DNA of 64,000 bases. It comes from an uncultured delta proteobacterium. GTDB lineage: Bacteria > Desulfobacterota > Binatia > UBA9968. Positions 20,946 through 31,569 of the stretch are shown here, one piece after another. Numbering within the stretch: position 1 is the stretch's first letter; the number at the start of each line of letters is the position of its first letter. Where the stretch lies: contig CAVWLW010000052.1 in assembly GCA_963755715.1 (NCBI GenBank), positions 90,545 through 154,544 of the forward strand. The letters are read 5' to 3'. The position numbers and the translations under genes are program-made. The notes under the pieces are model-generated. The model was not told where the DNA came from. It saw only the letters and a list, made by a program, of their open reading frames with translations, and ran no database searches.

Positions 20946-22094
20946 ATGACGGTGAACAATTTCTTTATTAGCGTCGACGATCATGTCCAGGAACATCCGG
21001 AGGTTTGGACCCAGCGGCTCTCTCGGTCGAAGTGGGGCGATCGCATTCCCCACCTCGCAAAGAATTCAGACGGCGTCGAGCGGTGGGTCGTCGACGGTCG
21101 TGAGATTCCTTTAGCTGGAGTTGCCGATTGTGGCGCGGCGATGCCGGACCGAACTGTCAATCCGCAGTGCTGGGCCGACGTTCCGACCTCTATTTATGAT
21201 CCAAAGGAACGATTGAAAGTGATGGATGAGGCGGGAATTGATTACGCCGTGCTTTATCCGACAGTGGCGGGCTCGGGCGGCCAGAATTTCGGTCGCATCG
21301 AGGATGCCGAGCTAGAGCTCGCCTGCGTGCAAGCCTACAATGACTGGCTGCTGGAAGAGTGGGCGAGCGTGAGCGATCGTTTCATTCCGCAGTGCATTAC
21401 ACCGTTGTTTCCCGTCGATACCGCGGTGAAGGAAATTCGTCGCGCCGTGAAGAACGGTCATAGAGGTGTGATTTATCCTTCGGTGCCGATGGAATTGCGC
21501 GACGTCCCGCATATCAACGATTCTATTTACGACCCGCTATGGGCGACTTGCCAGGAGCTGGCTGTGCCGATCTGTTTTCATGCCGGCGCATCTTCGGCGA
21601 TCCAAATTCCCGCATATGAAGGATATTCGCCGACGATCGCTGCTGCGTTTCAGGCGATCACGCGCCCCGCGAGTACGGTATCGGTCTTGGTGAATCTGCT
21701 GATTTCAAAAATTCTCATGCGTTTCCCGAATCTCAAAGTCGTGCTTGCGGAGAGCGGCCTGGGTTGGGGAGCGTATCTCTTGGAGTACACGGACTTTCAG
21801 GCGACGGGCGATCAGTTGCCGCAGAATGGTTATGATCTCATGCCGTCCGAAATGTTCAAGCGACAGTGCTATTTGGTTGGATGGTACGATCAAGCGAGTT
21901 TGCGCGTGCGGAATTATATCGGCACTGAAAACATTCTTTGGTCGACGCAATTTCCGTCGGCCACCTCGACTTGGCCGGACACCCAAGAGGCTCTGGCCAA
22001 GAGCTTCGACGGGGTCGACATCAACGATCGGCAAAAAATACTTTGGGAGAATGCGGCGAAGCTGTACAAGATTCCCGTGATTCGAAAGAATTGA
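20946..22094 (+). CDS. Amidohydrolase_2 family protein with a variant C-terminal motif
   Basis: SVDDH, PICFHAG, ESGLGW; WSTQFP in place of SDYPH. Confidence 0.8.
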   Translation: MTVNNFFISVDDHVQEHPEVWTQRLSRSKWGDRIPHLAKNSDGVERWVVDGREIPLAGVADCGAAMPDRTVNPQCWADVPTSIYDPKERLKVMDEAGIDYAVLYPTVAGSGGQNFGRIEDAELELACVQAYNDWLLEEWASVSDRFIPQCITPLFPVDTAVKEIRRAVKNGHRGVIYPSVPMELRDVPHINDSIYDPLWATCQELAVPICFHAGASSAIQIPAYEGYSPTIAAAFQAITRPASTVSVLVNLLISKILMRFPNLKVVLAESGLGWGAYLLEYTDFQATGDQLPQNGYDLMPSEMFKRQCYLVGWYDQASLRVRNYIGTENILWSTQFPSATSTWPDTQEALAKSFDGVDINDRQKILWENAAKLYKIPVIRKN

Positions 22095-22146
22095 CGAAGC
22101 GGTGTGACTGAAAGAAATGTCGCAGCGCGGAAGCGAGGAAAACATC

Positions 22147-22827
22147 ATGTCCCATTGGCCAAAAATTCGTCCGACTATCGATGAAATGGTCAACCGACAA
22201 TTCGATACCGCGGAATTCAAAAAGCTCTTCGCCGTGCGGTTGACGCCGCGACGGATCGAAGTTTATCAGAATCACATGACCTTTTACGCCAACAACCGGC
22301 GCGACTGCTGGTCTTTTGTCGCGGGCAAAGCCCCGCTCGACGTCAAGCGGGCGATTTGGCAGCATGAAAAGGACGAGTTAATCCATGACGATCGGATGGG
22401 GCGCGCGCACGTGACGGAACAGGACCTGCAGGCGGGCGATGAATCTTTGCTCGCGCCGGGTGCGAAGGCGGCCTTTTACGCCTGGCTTTACTGCGCGCGC
22501 GAGAAGCCGTGGCTCGAAGGTCTGGTTTACTCGCATATTCTCGAACGCCGCAACAATAGCGCGATTGTCAAAGGCGGCGGTTTGGTCGAACGTTGGAAGC
22601 GTAAGCAAAGAGCCGAGCTTGGCACCAAGGAGGCCGAGAAGGATTTCCAGACCGAAGTGCATGCGGTCGCTGACGAAGATCACTCGGATATCTTCGAGCC
22701 GATCTTTACGCGCTACGTTGACAGCGAAACGGCTGCGCAAGCCATGCTCGCGGCGACGCGCGATGGATTATTGATCGACCGCGCTCTGCGCGGGGCGTTG
22801 GCGGACGCAATGGCGGCTGTAGAGTGA
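22147..22827 (+). CDS. Heme-oxygenase-like diiron (HDO/CADD-like) protein
   Basis: HEKDEL..AHV, HILE, VHAVADEDH. Confidence 0.65.
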   Translation: MSHWPKIRPTIDEMVNRQFDTAEFKKLFAVRLTPRRIEVYQNHMTFYANNRRDCWSFVAGKAPLDVKRAIWQHEKDELIHDDRMGRAHVTEQDLQAGDESLLAPGAKAAFYAWLYCAREKPWLEGLVYSHILERRNNSAIVKGGGLVERWKRKQRAELGTKEAEKDFQTEVHAVADEDHSDIFEPIFTRYVDSETAAQAMLAATRDGLLIDRALRGALADAMAAVE

Positions 22828-22910
22828 CGGTTTGATCGAGGAATGATTGGATTAAACGATGCTATCTAACATAGTCAAATGTTCCAAAAAATAAAACGGA
22901 GGTAATAATC

Positions 22911-24002
22911 ATGGCTAATACACCAGTCACCGCTGAGGACGAAGTCAAAGAACGGGTCGGCTACAAGTCGCCGTACGAGCAGTGGAAAGAGTCGGAAGGC
23001 TTGCAAACTTATCGCGGCTTGTTCGTCAAGAATCTCTACGAGCTCGAGCTGAGTCCATGGAAATCGAGCGGCGACGGCTTGGCGGCGTTTCTGAATCTGG
23101 AAGGCACCGGCGGATTCAACGACTCCTACGTCGCGGAAATCCCGCCGGGCAAGTCGCTCAAAGCGCATCGACATTTGTTCGAAGAGACCATTTATATTCT
23201 CAAAGGCCAGGGCGCCACTTCGGTTTGGATCGATCCTAATCGAAAGGAAACTTTCGAGTGGCAAGAGGGAAGTTACTTTTCGATTCCTATGAATGCCTGG
23301 CATGAGCATCATAATGCTTCGGGTTTGGACTCGGCGCGCTACATCGCCATGACCAGTGCGCCGCGGGTGATCGATACGTTCAACAATTATGAATTTGTCT
23401 TTGAAAACCCGTTCCTGTTTCGCGACCGTTACAACGCGGAGGAAGGTTACTTCAAACAAAAAGCGCCGTCGCAGCAATGGTCAACCAACTTCGTCGCCGA
23501 TGTGCGCGTGTGCCAAACTTATTCCGGCGGCTTCGACCGCGGCGGCGGCGCGAAGAGCACGGTCTTTCGCATGGTCAACCAGACCGTCAAGTCGCATGTG
23601 TCGCTGTGGGGCGTCGGCGCCTACAAGAAAGCGCACCGACACGGGCCCGGCATTCACGTCTTGATCATTCGCGGCACCGGCTACTCGCTGATGTGGCAGG
23701 ATGGCAAACGCGAGGAGCGGATCGAGTGGGGACCGGGCAGCGTGTTCGTGCCGCCAGAAATGTGGTTTCATCAACATTTCAACGGTAGCGCCGAGCCGGT
23801 GTTTTTTCTCGCCATCGGCTGGGGCAGCGACAAGCCGAAAGCGGGCGGCAAGGCGTATGTCTACAAGAGCGTGAAAGAGGGCGGCGATCAGATCGAATAT
23901 GAAGACGAAGATCCGAAAATTCACGCCGAGTTCGAAGTCGCGATGAAAAACGCCGGCGCACGCTGCAAGATGGATTATCATCCGCACTGCACGATGAAGT
24001 GA
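22911..24002 (+). CDS. Bicupin protein
   Basis: HRHLFEE..WHEH and YKKAHRHGPG..WFHQHFN; GGAGG RBS. Confidence 0.8.
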   Translation: MANTPVTAEDEVKERVGYKSPYEQWKESEGLQTYRGLFVKNLYELELSPWKSSGDGLAAFLNLEGTGGFNDSYVAEIPPGKSLKAHRHLFEETIYILKGQGATSVWIDPNRKETFEWQEGSYFSIPMNAWHEHHNASGLDSARYIAMTSAPRVIDTFNNYEFVFENPFLFRDRYNAEEGYFKQKAPSQQWSTNFVADVRVCQTYSGGFDRGGGAKSTVFRMVNQTVKSHVSLWGVGAYKKAHRHGPGIHVLIIRGTGYSLMWQDGKREERIEWGPGSVFVPPEMWFHQHFNGSAEPVFFLAIGWGSDKPKAGGKAYVYKSVKEGGDQIEYEDEDPKIHAEFEVAMKNAGARCKMDYHPHCTMK

Positions 24003-24035
24003 GTTCGGCCGACGATCGAAGATCGAGGATGAAAA

Positions 24036-25118
24036 ATGGCGGCTAGGAAACTCCTGGCGAGCTTGGTCACGGTGTTGATCGTTACGTGTGCGATGTTCTC
24101 AACCGCGCAATGCGCGTCGGTCGAAGCGCTTTACAACGAGATCAACAAGCTGCCGGCGCAGCAACGCCAGAAGCGGCTCGAAGACGGCGCGCGCAAAGAA
24201 GGCGCATTTAAGTTTTACGGCATCTCCGCCGCTTCGTTGCTGAGCGCCTACACCGTTGGATTCATGAAAAAGTATCCGTTCATCAAAGCCGAATTCTGGC
24301 GCGGCAGCGGCAACAAGCTGGTCTTTCGCACGCTGACCGAGCATCGCACAGGCCAGTTGGATACGGATGCGGTTTTGGTCGGCACCGAAAACGTCATGAC
24401 GCTTAAACGCTCGGGCATCTGGGCGCGCTATTATTCGCCCGAATCGCCGAATTTCGGAAAAGAATATACCGACAAGGACGGCTACTGGCATGCGGACAGT
24501 TTGGGCATCTCGACGATCGCATACAATACCAAGCTGGTAAGAAAAGAAGACGCGCCCAAGGGTTACGACGATCTTTTCGATCCGAAGTGGAAAGGCAGTC
24601 TTTCCATCGATATGGAGCCCGAGCGGGCGTTGATGGGCTGGTTGACCGCCTGGGGGGAACAAAAGACCCGAGCTTTCGTCGACGGGTTGATGAAAAATGG
24701 GGCTATCGTGCGCCGCGGCCATACTTTACAAGCGCAACTTTTGTGTGCCGGCGAGTTCAAAGTTGGCGTGGAGATTTATCCCGACGGAATGTTGCGAATG
24801 AAACAGGACGGTTGCCCGGCGGCGATCGTTTTCCCCAATCCGACGCCGGCGCATATCAGCGGCGCCATCGGCATCTACACCAATACGCCGCACCCCCACG
24901 CCGCTGCGTTGTTCATCGATTTCATGAAATCGGCGGAGGGCGCAAAAATTCTTGCGGCAACCGGCCGAGTCTCTGGACGAAAAGGTGTCAGATCGGTCTA
25001 CGACGAACTGTCCAATCTTGAAGAACGAGGAATACCGCTCCTCATCGTCGGTCCAGACCAGTCGGAGCAAGTGGCCAAACCGATGGAAAAAATCATGAAA
25101 GAGATGTTGGTTCCCTAG
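24036..25118 (+). CDS. Extracellular solute-binding protein (Fe3+/AfuA-like cluster)
   Basis: GARKEG, AYNTKLV, DPKWKG, PHPHAAALFIDF. Confidence 0.8.
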   Translation: MAARKLLASLVTVLIVTCAMFSTAQCASVEALYNEINKLPAQQRQKRLEDGARKEGAFKFYGISAASLLSAYTVGFMKKYPFIKAEFWRGSGNKLVFRTLTEHRTGQLDTDAVLVGTENVMTLKRSGIWARYYSPESPNFGKEYTDKDGYWHADSLGISTIAYNTKLVRKEDAPKGYDDLFDPKWKGSLSIDMEPERALMGWLTAWGEQKTRAFVDGLMKNGAIVRRGHTLQAQLLCAGEFKVGVEIYPDGMLRMKQDGCPAAIVFPNPTPAHISGAIGIYTNTPHPHAAALFIDFMKSAEGAKILAATGRVSGRKGVRSVYDELSNLEERGIPLLIVGPDQSEQVAKPMEKIMKEMLVP

Positions 25119-25238
25119 ACGGAGGTCGCCGATCGCGTCGAGATGCGGAGCGCGACGATCTTGCTGACGCTTCCTGCCGTTAGAAAATCAATTGCAGATA
25201 GAGCATCCCTGCACGAGTCGTAAGGAGGATCGAGAGTA

Positions 25239-26403
25239 ATGTCTCGTCAATACCGGCATTTTTCAGCCGATAGCCACTTTGAATGCCTGCCGGAAACTTG
25301 GACCCATCGGGTGCCGGCGAAGTTTCGCGACCGGGCGCCGCGCCGCATCAAGCTTGCCGACGGCCGGGACGCGATTGTCGAGGAAGGCCAGCCGCTGGAA
25401 TATCGCGGCACCAATTTGTTCGCGGGAAAATCTCTGGAAGAATTTAATCCGGTTCATTTGAACTTCGAAGGATCGGTCGGTGCCGGCTCGCCGCAACAAA
25501 GGCTCAAAGAACAAGATGCCGACGGCATCGACGGCGAGCTTTTGTTCGCTACCGAGGCGCGCAACACCAAGATCAAGGACAAGGACGCATTGCTCGCGCT
25601 CATAAAGGCGTTCAACGATTACTTCATAGAGGAATATTGCGCCGTTGACCCCGATCGCCTGGTCGGCGTCGCGGTGATGCCGGATATCGGCGCCGATGAG
25701 AACATCGCCGAGATGCAACGGTGCAAGGAAAAAGGTTTCAAGGCGGTGCGGCTGCAGACGTTTCCGAGCGGCAAAAGCACGCCGACGCCGGAGGACGATA
25801 AGTTTTATGCGGCTGCTTTAGACCTGAACATGCCGATCACGATCCATACGTCGTTTCCCCGCCGCACGGACGAGCGCGATGTGTATCTGATGAAGTATCC
25901 CAAGGACCCGCAGGGCGAGGATCGGCCGTTCGATTTTCTCCAGCGCTTCGCGCGCCAGGGGATTTACCACTGTGGCGCAGTGGAAGCCACGCAATTGATT
26001 TTCACCGGCGTGTTCGACCGCTTCCCGAAGCTGCAAATTTTCTGGGCGGAAAATAACATCGGCTGGATTCCTTATTTCTATCAGCAGATGGATCAGACTT
26101 ATAAAGTTAATTGCTCATGGGCGGAGCGGCTTTTGGGTCTGCCGAAATTGAAAAAACTCCCAAGCGAGTATCTGCGCGAGCACGCCGCACTGGGGCGTCT
26201 TCGACGACCCGATCGGGATCCAACTGCGCCATATGGTCGGAGTCGACAAAATCATGTGGTCGACCGATTTCCCGCACATCGTCACGCGCTGGCCGAAATC
26301 ATTGGAATTGGTAGAAGAACAATTTGCCGGCGTGCCGGAGAATGAAAAGCAGGCGATGCTCGCGGGCAACGCCGTGAAGTTTTTTCATCTGAACGCAGCG
26401 TAG
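25239..26403 (+). CDS. Amidohydrolase_2 family protein, frameshift near 26190
   Basis: SADSH, PITIH, ENNIGW; the shifted frame gives MWSTDFPH..GNAVKFFHL. Confidence 0.8.
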
Positions 26404-26504
26404 TCACCAGGACAGACCCGGATTAATAGCTGCAAGACCGCAAAGGTCGCAGAACGTAGGGCGTAATGCATTACGTCCGTCTTTCAGGTAGATACTCTTC
26501 ACGA

Positions 26505-27632
26505 TTAACCAAGCGGCACCTGCAAATTGTAAAGCCGTGCAGCGTTCTCGCCTAAAATTCGATTCTGCGTTTCGTTCGAAAATCCTGCCTTGCGGATGCG
26601 CGAGACGGTTTCCGGCCATTTGCTGTCGCCGTGCGGATAGTCGGAAGCGTACATGATGCATTGGTCGCCGATAGCGTTAATCACGGCGGGTAGCATCAAC
26701 TCGCCTGGCTCGCAGGAAACCACCATGCGGCCTTCGGCGAAAAGCTCGCTCGGTTTGATGCGGCTCTTCGGCCGCTTGCGGTTTAAGACTCCATCGTACA
26801 TGCGCGGGTTCTTTTCACCGCGCTCGTGCATCTCGTCCATTCTTTCAATCCAATAGGGCAGCCAGCCGCAGCCGGTTTCGAGGAGGCCGAAACGAATCTT
26901 CGGAAAAAGATCGACGATCCCGCCACCGACGAGAGAAACCATCGCCGTGGTGAGTGTGAGCGGCATGGACACGGCTTTGGCGCCCCAGAAATGATCGAAC
27001 AATTCCTGGCCGACGGTGGGATACATTCCCGTGACGGTGTGCACTCCGACACCGACGTCGAGCTGCTCGACGGTTTCCCAGAACGGATAAAGCTCGGGAT
27101 GATCGAGGGTGCGCGTGCCGATGGTCCCCGTGACCATGACACCGACCGCGCCTTGTGATTTAACGGCGTGTTTCAATTCTTCCGCCGCCGCTTTGGGATC
27201 TTGTAGAGCAACGATCGCAGCAAAGCGCAGCCGTCCGCCGCTTTGAGCGCAGCGTTCGGAGATCCAAGTGTTGTACGCGCGGGCGATTGCCGTGGCGAGT
27301 CCCGCGTGCTCGAGACTATTTATCGACATCAGGACATTCGGATAGATCACCTGGAGATCGATACCCTCGAGATCGAGATCGGCCAGCCGGCCGGAGACGT
27401 TGCTGAGATCGAGATCTTTGACCGAGAGCGTCGGTGTCGAATTGGCGATACTGCCCGGCGTGCCGGGACCCCAACCGAACGGCTTGGTGATCAGGCGCCC
27501 TTCGATCAAGTAGAATCCGCGTCCGTCGTCGAACGTGACGAAGCGCGGCCGGTTCCGGTAGAATTCTTTGTCCATATAGTTGTCGAAAACTTCCTGCGGA
27601 ATTTGAGTGTGTCCATCGGCATCGATGATCAT
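26505..27632 (-). CDS. Amidohydrolase_2 family protein
   Basis: MIIDADGH, VGVH, LETGCGW, YASDYPH; GGAGG RBS. Confidence 0.85.
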   Translation of the reverse strand: MIIDADGHTQIPQEVFDNYMDKEFYRNRPRFVTFDDGRGFYLIEGRLITKPFGWGPGTPGSIANSTPTLSVKDLDLSNVSGRLADLDLEGIDLQVIYPNVLMSINSLEHAGLATAIARAYNTWISERCAQSGGRLRFAAIVALQDPKAAAEELKHAVKSQGAVGVMVTGTIGTRTLDHPELYPFWETVEQLDVGVGVHTVTGMYPTVGQELFDHFWGAKAVSMPLTLTTAMVSLVGGGIVDLFPKIRFGLLETGCGWLPYWIERMDEMHERGEKNPRMYDGVLNRKRPKSRIKPSELFAEGRMVVSCEPGELMLPAVINAIGDQCIMYASDYPHGDSKWPETVSRIRKAGFSNETQNRILGENAARLYNLQVPLG

Positions 27633-27652
27633 AAAACCTCCTCGGTTTCGCT

Positions 27653-28681
27653 TTAACGTTTCAGTTCTTGTTGCACCGCCCGAATCAGATTCCAATCGAC
27701 GAAATCTCTCGGCGCAAAAGTTGATTGGGTAATTTTCGCGTCCTGCTGCGCCCGCTTGATGGCCGCGTTGATAATTTCGTCCGACCCTTCACCCTTGAAG
27801 TTATAAGTGGCGATCGCTGCATCGTAAGCCAATTGGGAAGTCTCTCGGTCGAGATTCCAATCTTTCTGGATCAGCGCTACCGCTTCGTTCGGGTGATCGG
27901 TCGCGTATTGAAGCCCGCGCACGAGAGCGCGCAGCATACGGCGAATCTGATTGGGATTGTCGCGCAACTTCGCTCGGCGCGCCACAAGACCGTTTTCCGC
28001 GAAGCGCGGCAGTATCTCCGGTCCCGAAACCAAGCGGTTGAAGCCTTTGCGAACCGCCATCGCATCATAAGGCGGCGACAACGTGCTGGCCGCAACGGCA
28101 CCGGAGAAAAGCGCCGTGAGTCCTTGGGTGACGTCGATGGTCGAAATCAACTTCACGTCCTTCTCCGCGTCCAAACCGAGATACTTCACCATCGCCACGG
28201 TCGCGTGATAGTGGCTGCCGCGCGAGCCGCCGTGGCCGATAAGGCCGCCGCGCAGGCCTTTGGCATCTTTGATGTCAGGCCTGCTGATCAAATATAGAAG
28301 CGGCTTGTCCGTCGATACATAGGTTGCGACCAACGGCGCACCGCCAACGGCGGCGCCTAAACCGGAGTTGAAAGCCGTGATGTAGTCGAGATCGCCGGAC
28401 ACCAATGCCGCGATGGCGGTGCTGGTCTTTGTCGTGATCGGTTTTAAGTCGAAACCTTCGCTCTCAAAAATCCCGTAGCGCTGCGCGAGGTAGATCGGCA
28501 GATTGAGGACGTGTTTCGCGGAGAGACCGAGAGTCACGGGTTCAAGCTTGTGTGCGGCGCTCGGTTTTTCTTGAGCCGGAATGCACGCGGGTTGGAGCAG
28601 CGAAAACAAAAAGACGGAGAGGATGAAGACGAGGCGCGAGAAATAGTCGGGCGCGGATCGAAGGGATTTCACAAGGCCCAA
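27653..28681 (-). CDS. ABC substrate-binding protein, NMT1/TauA-like
   Basis: FESEGFD, ALVSGDLDY, DAEKDV, C-terminal VQQELKR. Confidence 0.8.
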   Translation of the reverse strand: MGLVKSLRSAPDYFSRLVFILSVFLFSLLQPACIPAQEKPSAAHKLEPVTLGLSAKHVLNLPIYLAQRYGIFESEGFDLKPITTKTSTAIAALVSGDLDYITAFNSGLGAAVGGAPLVATYVSTDKPLLYLISRPDIKDAKGLRGGLIGHGGSRGSHYHATVAMVKYLGLDAEKDVKLISTIDVTQGLTALFSGAVAASTLSPPYDAMAVRKGFNRLVSGPEILPRFAENGLVARRAKLRDNPNQIRRMLRALVRGLQYATDHPNEAVALIQKDWNLDRETSQLAYDAAIATYNFKGEGSDEIINAAIKRAQQDAKITQSTFAPRDFVDWNLIRAVQQELKR

Positions 28682-28760
28682 TCATAGTTCCGACCCGGGC
28701 TGATGCGCAAGTATATATTGACTGCTTGAGTTACACAGGTATGATTCGTCAAATGTTCGA

Positions 28761-29734
28761 TTGGAGAAAATATTGAGAACCATTGTTTGTGCCTTGTTCG
28801 TTTGGGCGGTACTGGTCACGTCTGCGGAGGCGCGCAAGGTGACTGTCGCTGTTCCCGTGCTCGACGTGACACAGAGCGCTTTGTTTGTCGCGCGCGACCG
28901 GGGGTTCTTCCAGAAAGAAGGTTTGGAAGTCGATTTGATCCTCATGCGCGGTGGCGTCGCGAATCAAGCGCTGATTGCCGGCAACGTCGAATTTACCACC
29001 GTGCCGACGGCCGGACTGCAGGCGGCGCTTCAAGGCGCGCCGCTCAAGGTCGTGCTCAGCACCTTTCACAAGCCGATGTTCTGGCTTTACTCAAGGCCGG
29101 AAATCCGCAGCGTCAAGGAATTGCATAATAAAAAAATCGCAGTGTCGAGTCTCGGCGCGGCCGGCGATTCCGCGTTGCGCGAGTTGATCAAGAAAAACGG
29201 CATGGATGAAAATCGCGACGTGGCGATCCTCGCCGTCGGCACCACTGCGACGCGGTTGGCCGCGCTCTCTGCCGGCGTGGTCGACGCCGCGATGATGACG
29301 TTTCCGCACAATATCACCGCCGCCGAGTCCGGGTTTTCGCGAGCTGGTCTCGTTCATCGCTTCGGATATCATTCAGCTTCAGGGTGCGATTGTGACGCGC
29401 GAAGCGCTGTTCAACACGGAACCCGACAGTCGTGGAAAAATTTTTGCGCGCGACGATCAAGGGAATCATTTACTATTCGACCAACCGGAGCGGCGCGATC
29501 CAAATTCTCGCGCGCGATGTCAAGACGCAGGAGAGCCTTGCGGCGAAGATCTACGATCTGGTCAAGCCGGCGCTCACGCCGGAAAGCATTCTGAATGATG
29601 ATTTGCAGAAACGCGTAATGGCACCGCTGTTGGAGCGAGTCACTAAGCGCGATCCGTCTACGGCGAGGTTTTTCGATTTCGCTCTGGCGCGAAAAATTAA
29701 CGGTGAGTTAAAGGCTGAGGGGTGGAAGCCGTAG
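28761..29734 (+). CDS. ABC substrate-binding protein, NMT1/TauA-like, frameshifts near 29335 and 29430
   Basis: FFQKEGLEV, KKIAVSSLG; C-terminal piece EKFLRATIKG..ELKAEGWKP. Confidence 0.8.
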
Positions 29735-29747
29735 ATGTAGGTTAAAG

Positions 29748-29800
29748 TCGTTCAAAACGTTCAAGCCGTTTCTGCTAAAGTACTCTCCGTCGTTCAAAGC
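29748..29800. repeat. 9-bp-period CGTTCAA-type short repeat cluster
   Basis: CGTTCAAAACGTTCAAGCCGTT..CGTTCAAAG; related clusters near 32480, 41060 and 42015. Confidence 0.5.
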
Positions 29801-29891
29801 TTCATTCCAGCATGGTCTCTTGACACAAATCCAGGCGGGATTTATTCGACCTCGACAAAGTATTTGCGATACGGTTCCTCTAGTGCGCGCG

Positions 29892-31175
29892 CTATCGAAG
29901 CGCGGCGAGCTTGTTTCTCCAGTGCGTCTGCCAATCCGTGCCGTTCGTGATCACTTCGGATACTACTGTCAGATGCGGAAAGCGATTCTTTTCCGCGCGG
30001 CGAATCACGTGGGGCGCTTCGCGACCGGCTTCAACGTCGCGAATGGCGCGTAAGACTTGACGGCGCGCGGCGATGATCGCCCTGTCGCTAGGGCCGAGGA
30101 ACTCCAACGTGCGGTCGACGATCGGGCCGCTGCCTTCGACGATAGCGGTGTCTTGCACGTTGAAGATCCGTCCCATTCCGGAAAAACTCCACGTCTTCAT
30201 CGACTCGCGATCTTGCAGGTAGCGATTTCCCTTGTTGCGCAACGGCCGATAGCCGGGCGTCAGTTCGTCGAGGATTTCCTGGTTTCTTTGAATGTCTTTT
30301 TCTTCCATCGGCGCGCTGCGGCGAAAGACGATGTCGTAGCGCCAGTGGCTGCGTGTCGTCGATCGGCACATGCCAGTAAAGATTGTAACCGTCGCCGGAC
30401 ATGGGGCCGGGGATCGTCGCCTTGTTGGGCAGAATGAAGTTTGTCACGCGAAAAAAAGTGCGACCCTTGTCGGTATCTCTCGTTGAAAAGATCCGCACGC
30501 CATAGTCCGTCTCTTCAATATCGATCTCGGGCGCCACGTCGGCTTCATAGAGTGCGAGCGGCAGTTTGCCATCGCTGCCTTCGACGGGTCGTTTCAAATT
30601 CTCTGGCACATTGGCTTGGCGGTGCAGATAAGACACGTGACTGGGGTCGAGGTTGCCTTCGTTCGCCTGAAAGTAATTGCACTCGTGAAAAATCTTGGTT
30701 ACGAGCACGTGGCCCGGACGGCGCGAGAAAGGGCTCATAGGCGGGAAAGAGCGGCAGCTTCGCCGGGGCCCATATAGGCAAAAATAATCCCGGCCTGCTC
30801 ATGACACGGATACGCTGGATGATGGACTTTTTCGCAGAATCTCTTTGTGAGGGTTCGCACGGTTGCTCTAGGCAGTTGCCGTGCCGGTCGTAAAGCCAGC
30901 CGTGATAAAGACAACGCAGACCACCATTCTCAACGCGGCCATAACTCAAGTCGGCGCGCCGGTGCGAACAGTGCAGACCGAGTAATCCGAGCTGTCCTTG
31001 ATCGTCGCGGAACAGCACGAGATCCTCACTCATGATGCGCACCGGCAAAGGCGCGCCATTCGCGGGCACTTCTTCCGCCAGAGGCTACCGGCTGCCAATA
31101 GCGACGCAACAAAGCGCCGCCTGGAGTGCCGGGGCCGGTGCGGGTTAGCAGGTCGTTTTCTTCTTGTGATAACAC
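29892..31175 (-). CDS. Rieske non-heme iron oxygenase, phthalate 4,5-dioxygenase/vanillate demethylase-like, several frameshifts
   Basis: LSQEENDLLTRTGPGTP..RRYWQP, CSH..CLYHG Rieske motif, EGNLDPSHVSYLH, QDTA. Confidence 0.85.
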
Positions 31176-31569
31176 TGTAAGCACTTTCTGGATTAAGACT
31201 ATCGAAATATATCCTTGACGCGTAGACAAGGTCAAATTCGAAATACTATTTTGCTACGAGAAAAGACCAGCGCAGCAACGCTGCAACTAAAAAGGGAACG
31301 AGATTGAACCATAACGTTCGGCGGGAAGAACACGCCCGGCGTGAAATAAGCGATCGTCGAGAATCAGACAGAACGTCCAAGGAAGGTCATCCGTCCTTTA
31401 CGTGCTTGAACCAAAAGATTTCGCGCTGCGCTCGAGCGACAGATAGCGAACCGACAGTAACGCGCTGCACGACGGAATGCGATAACGACCGCAGATTTGT
31501 TTGACCTCTGACGATGGGCTGTGATTATGTAGGTCGACGAAGGTTTGGATTTATTCGTGGAGGTTGATT

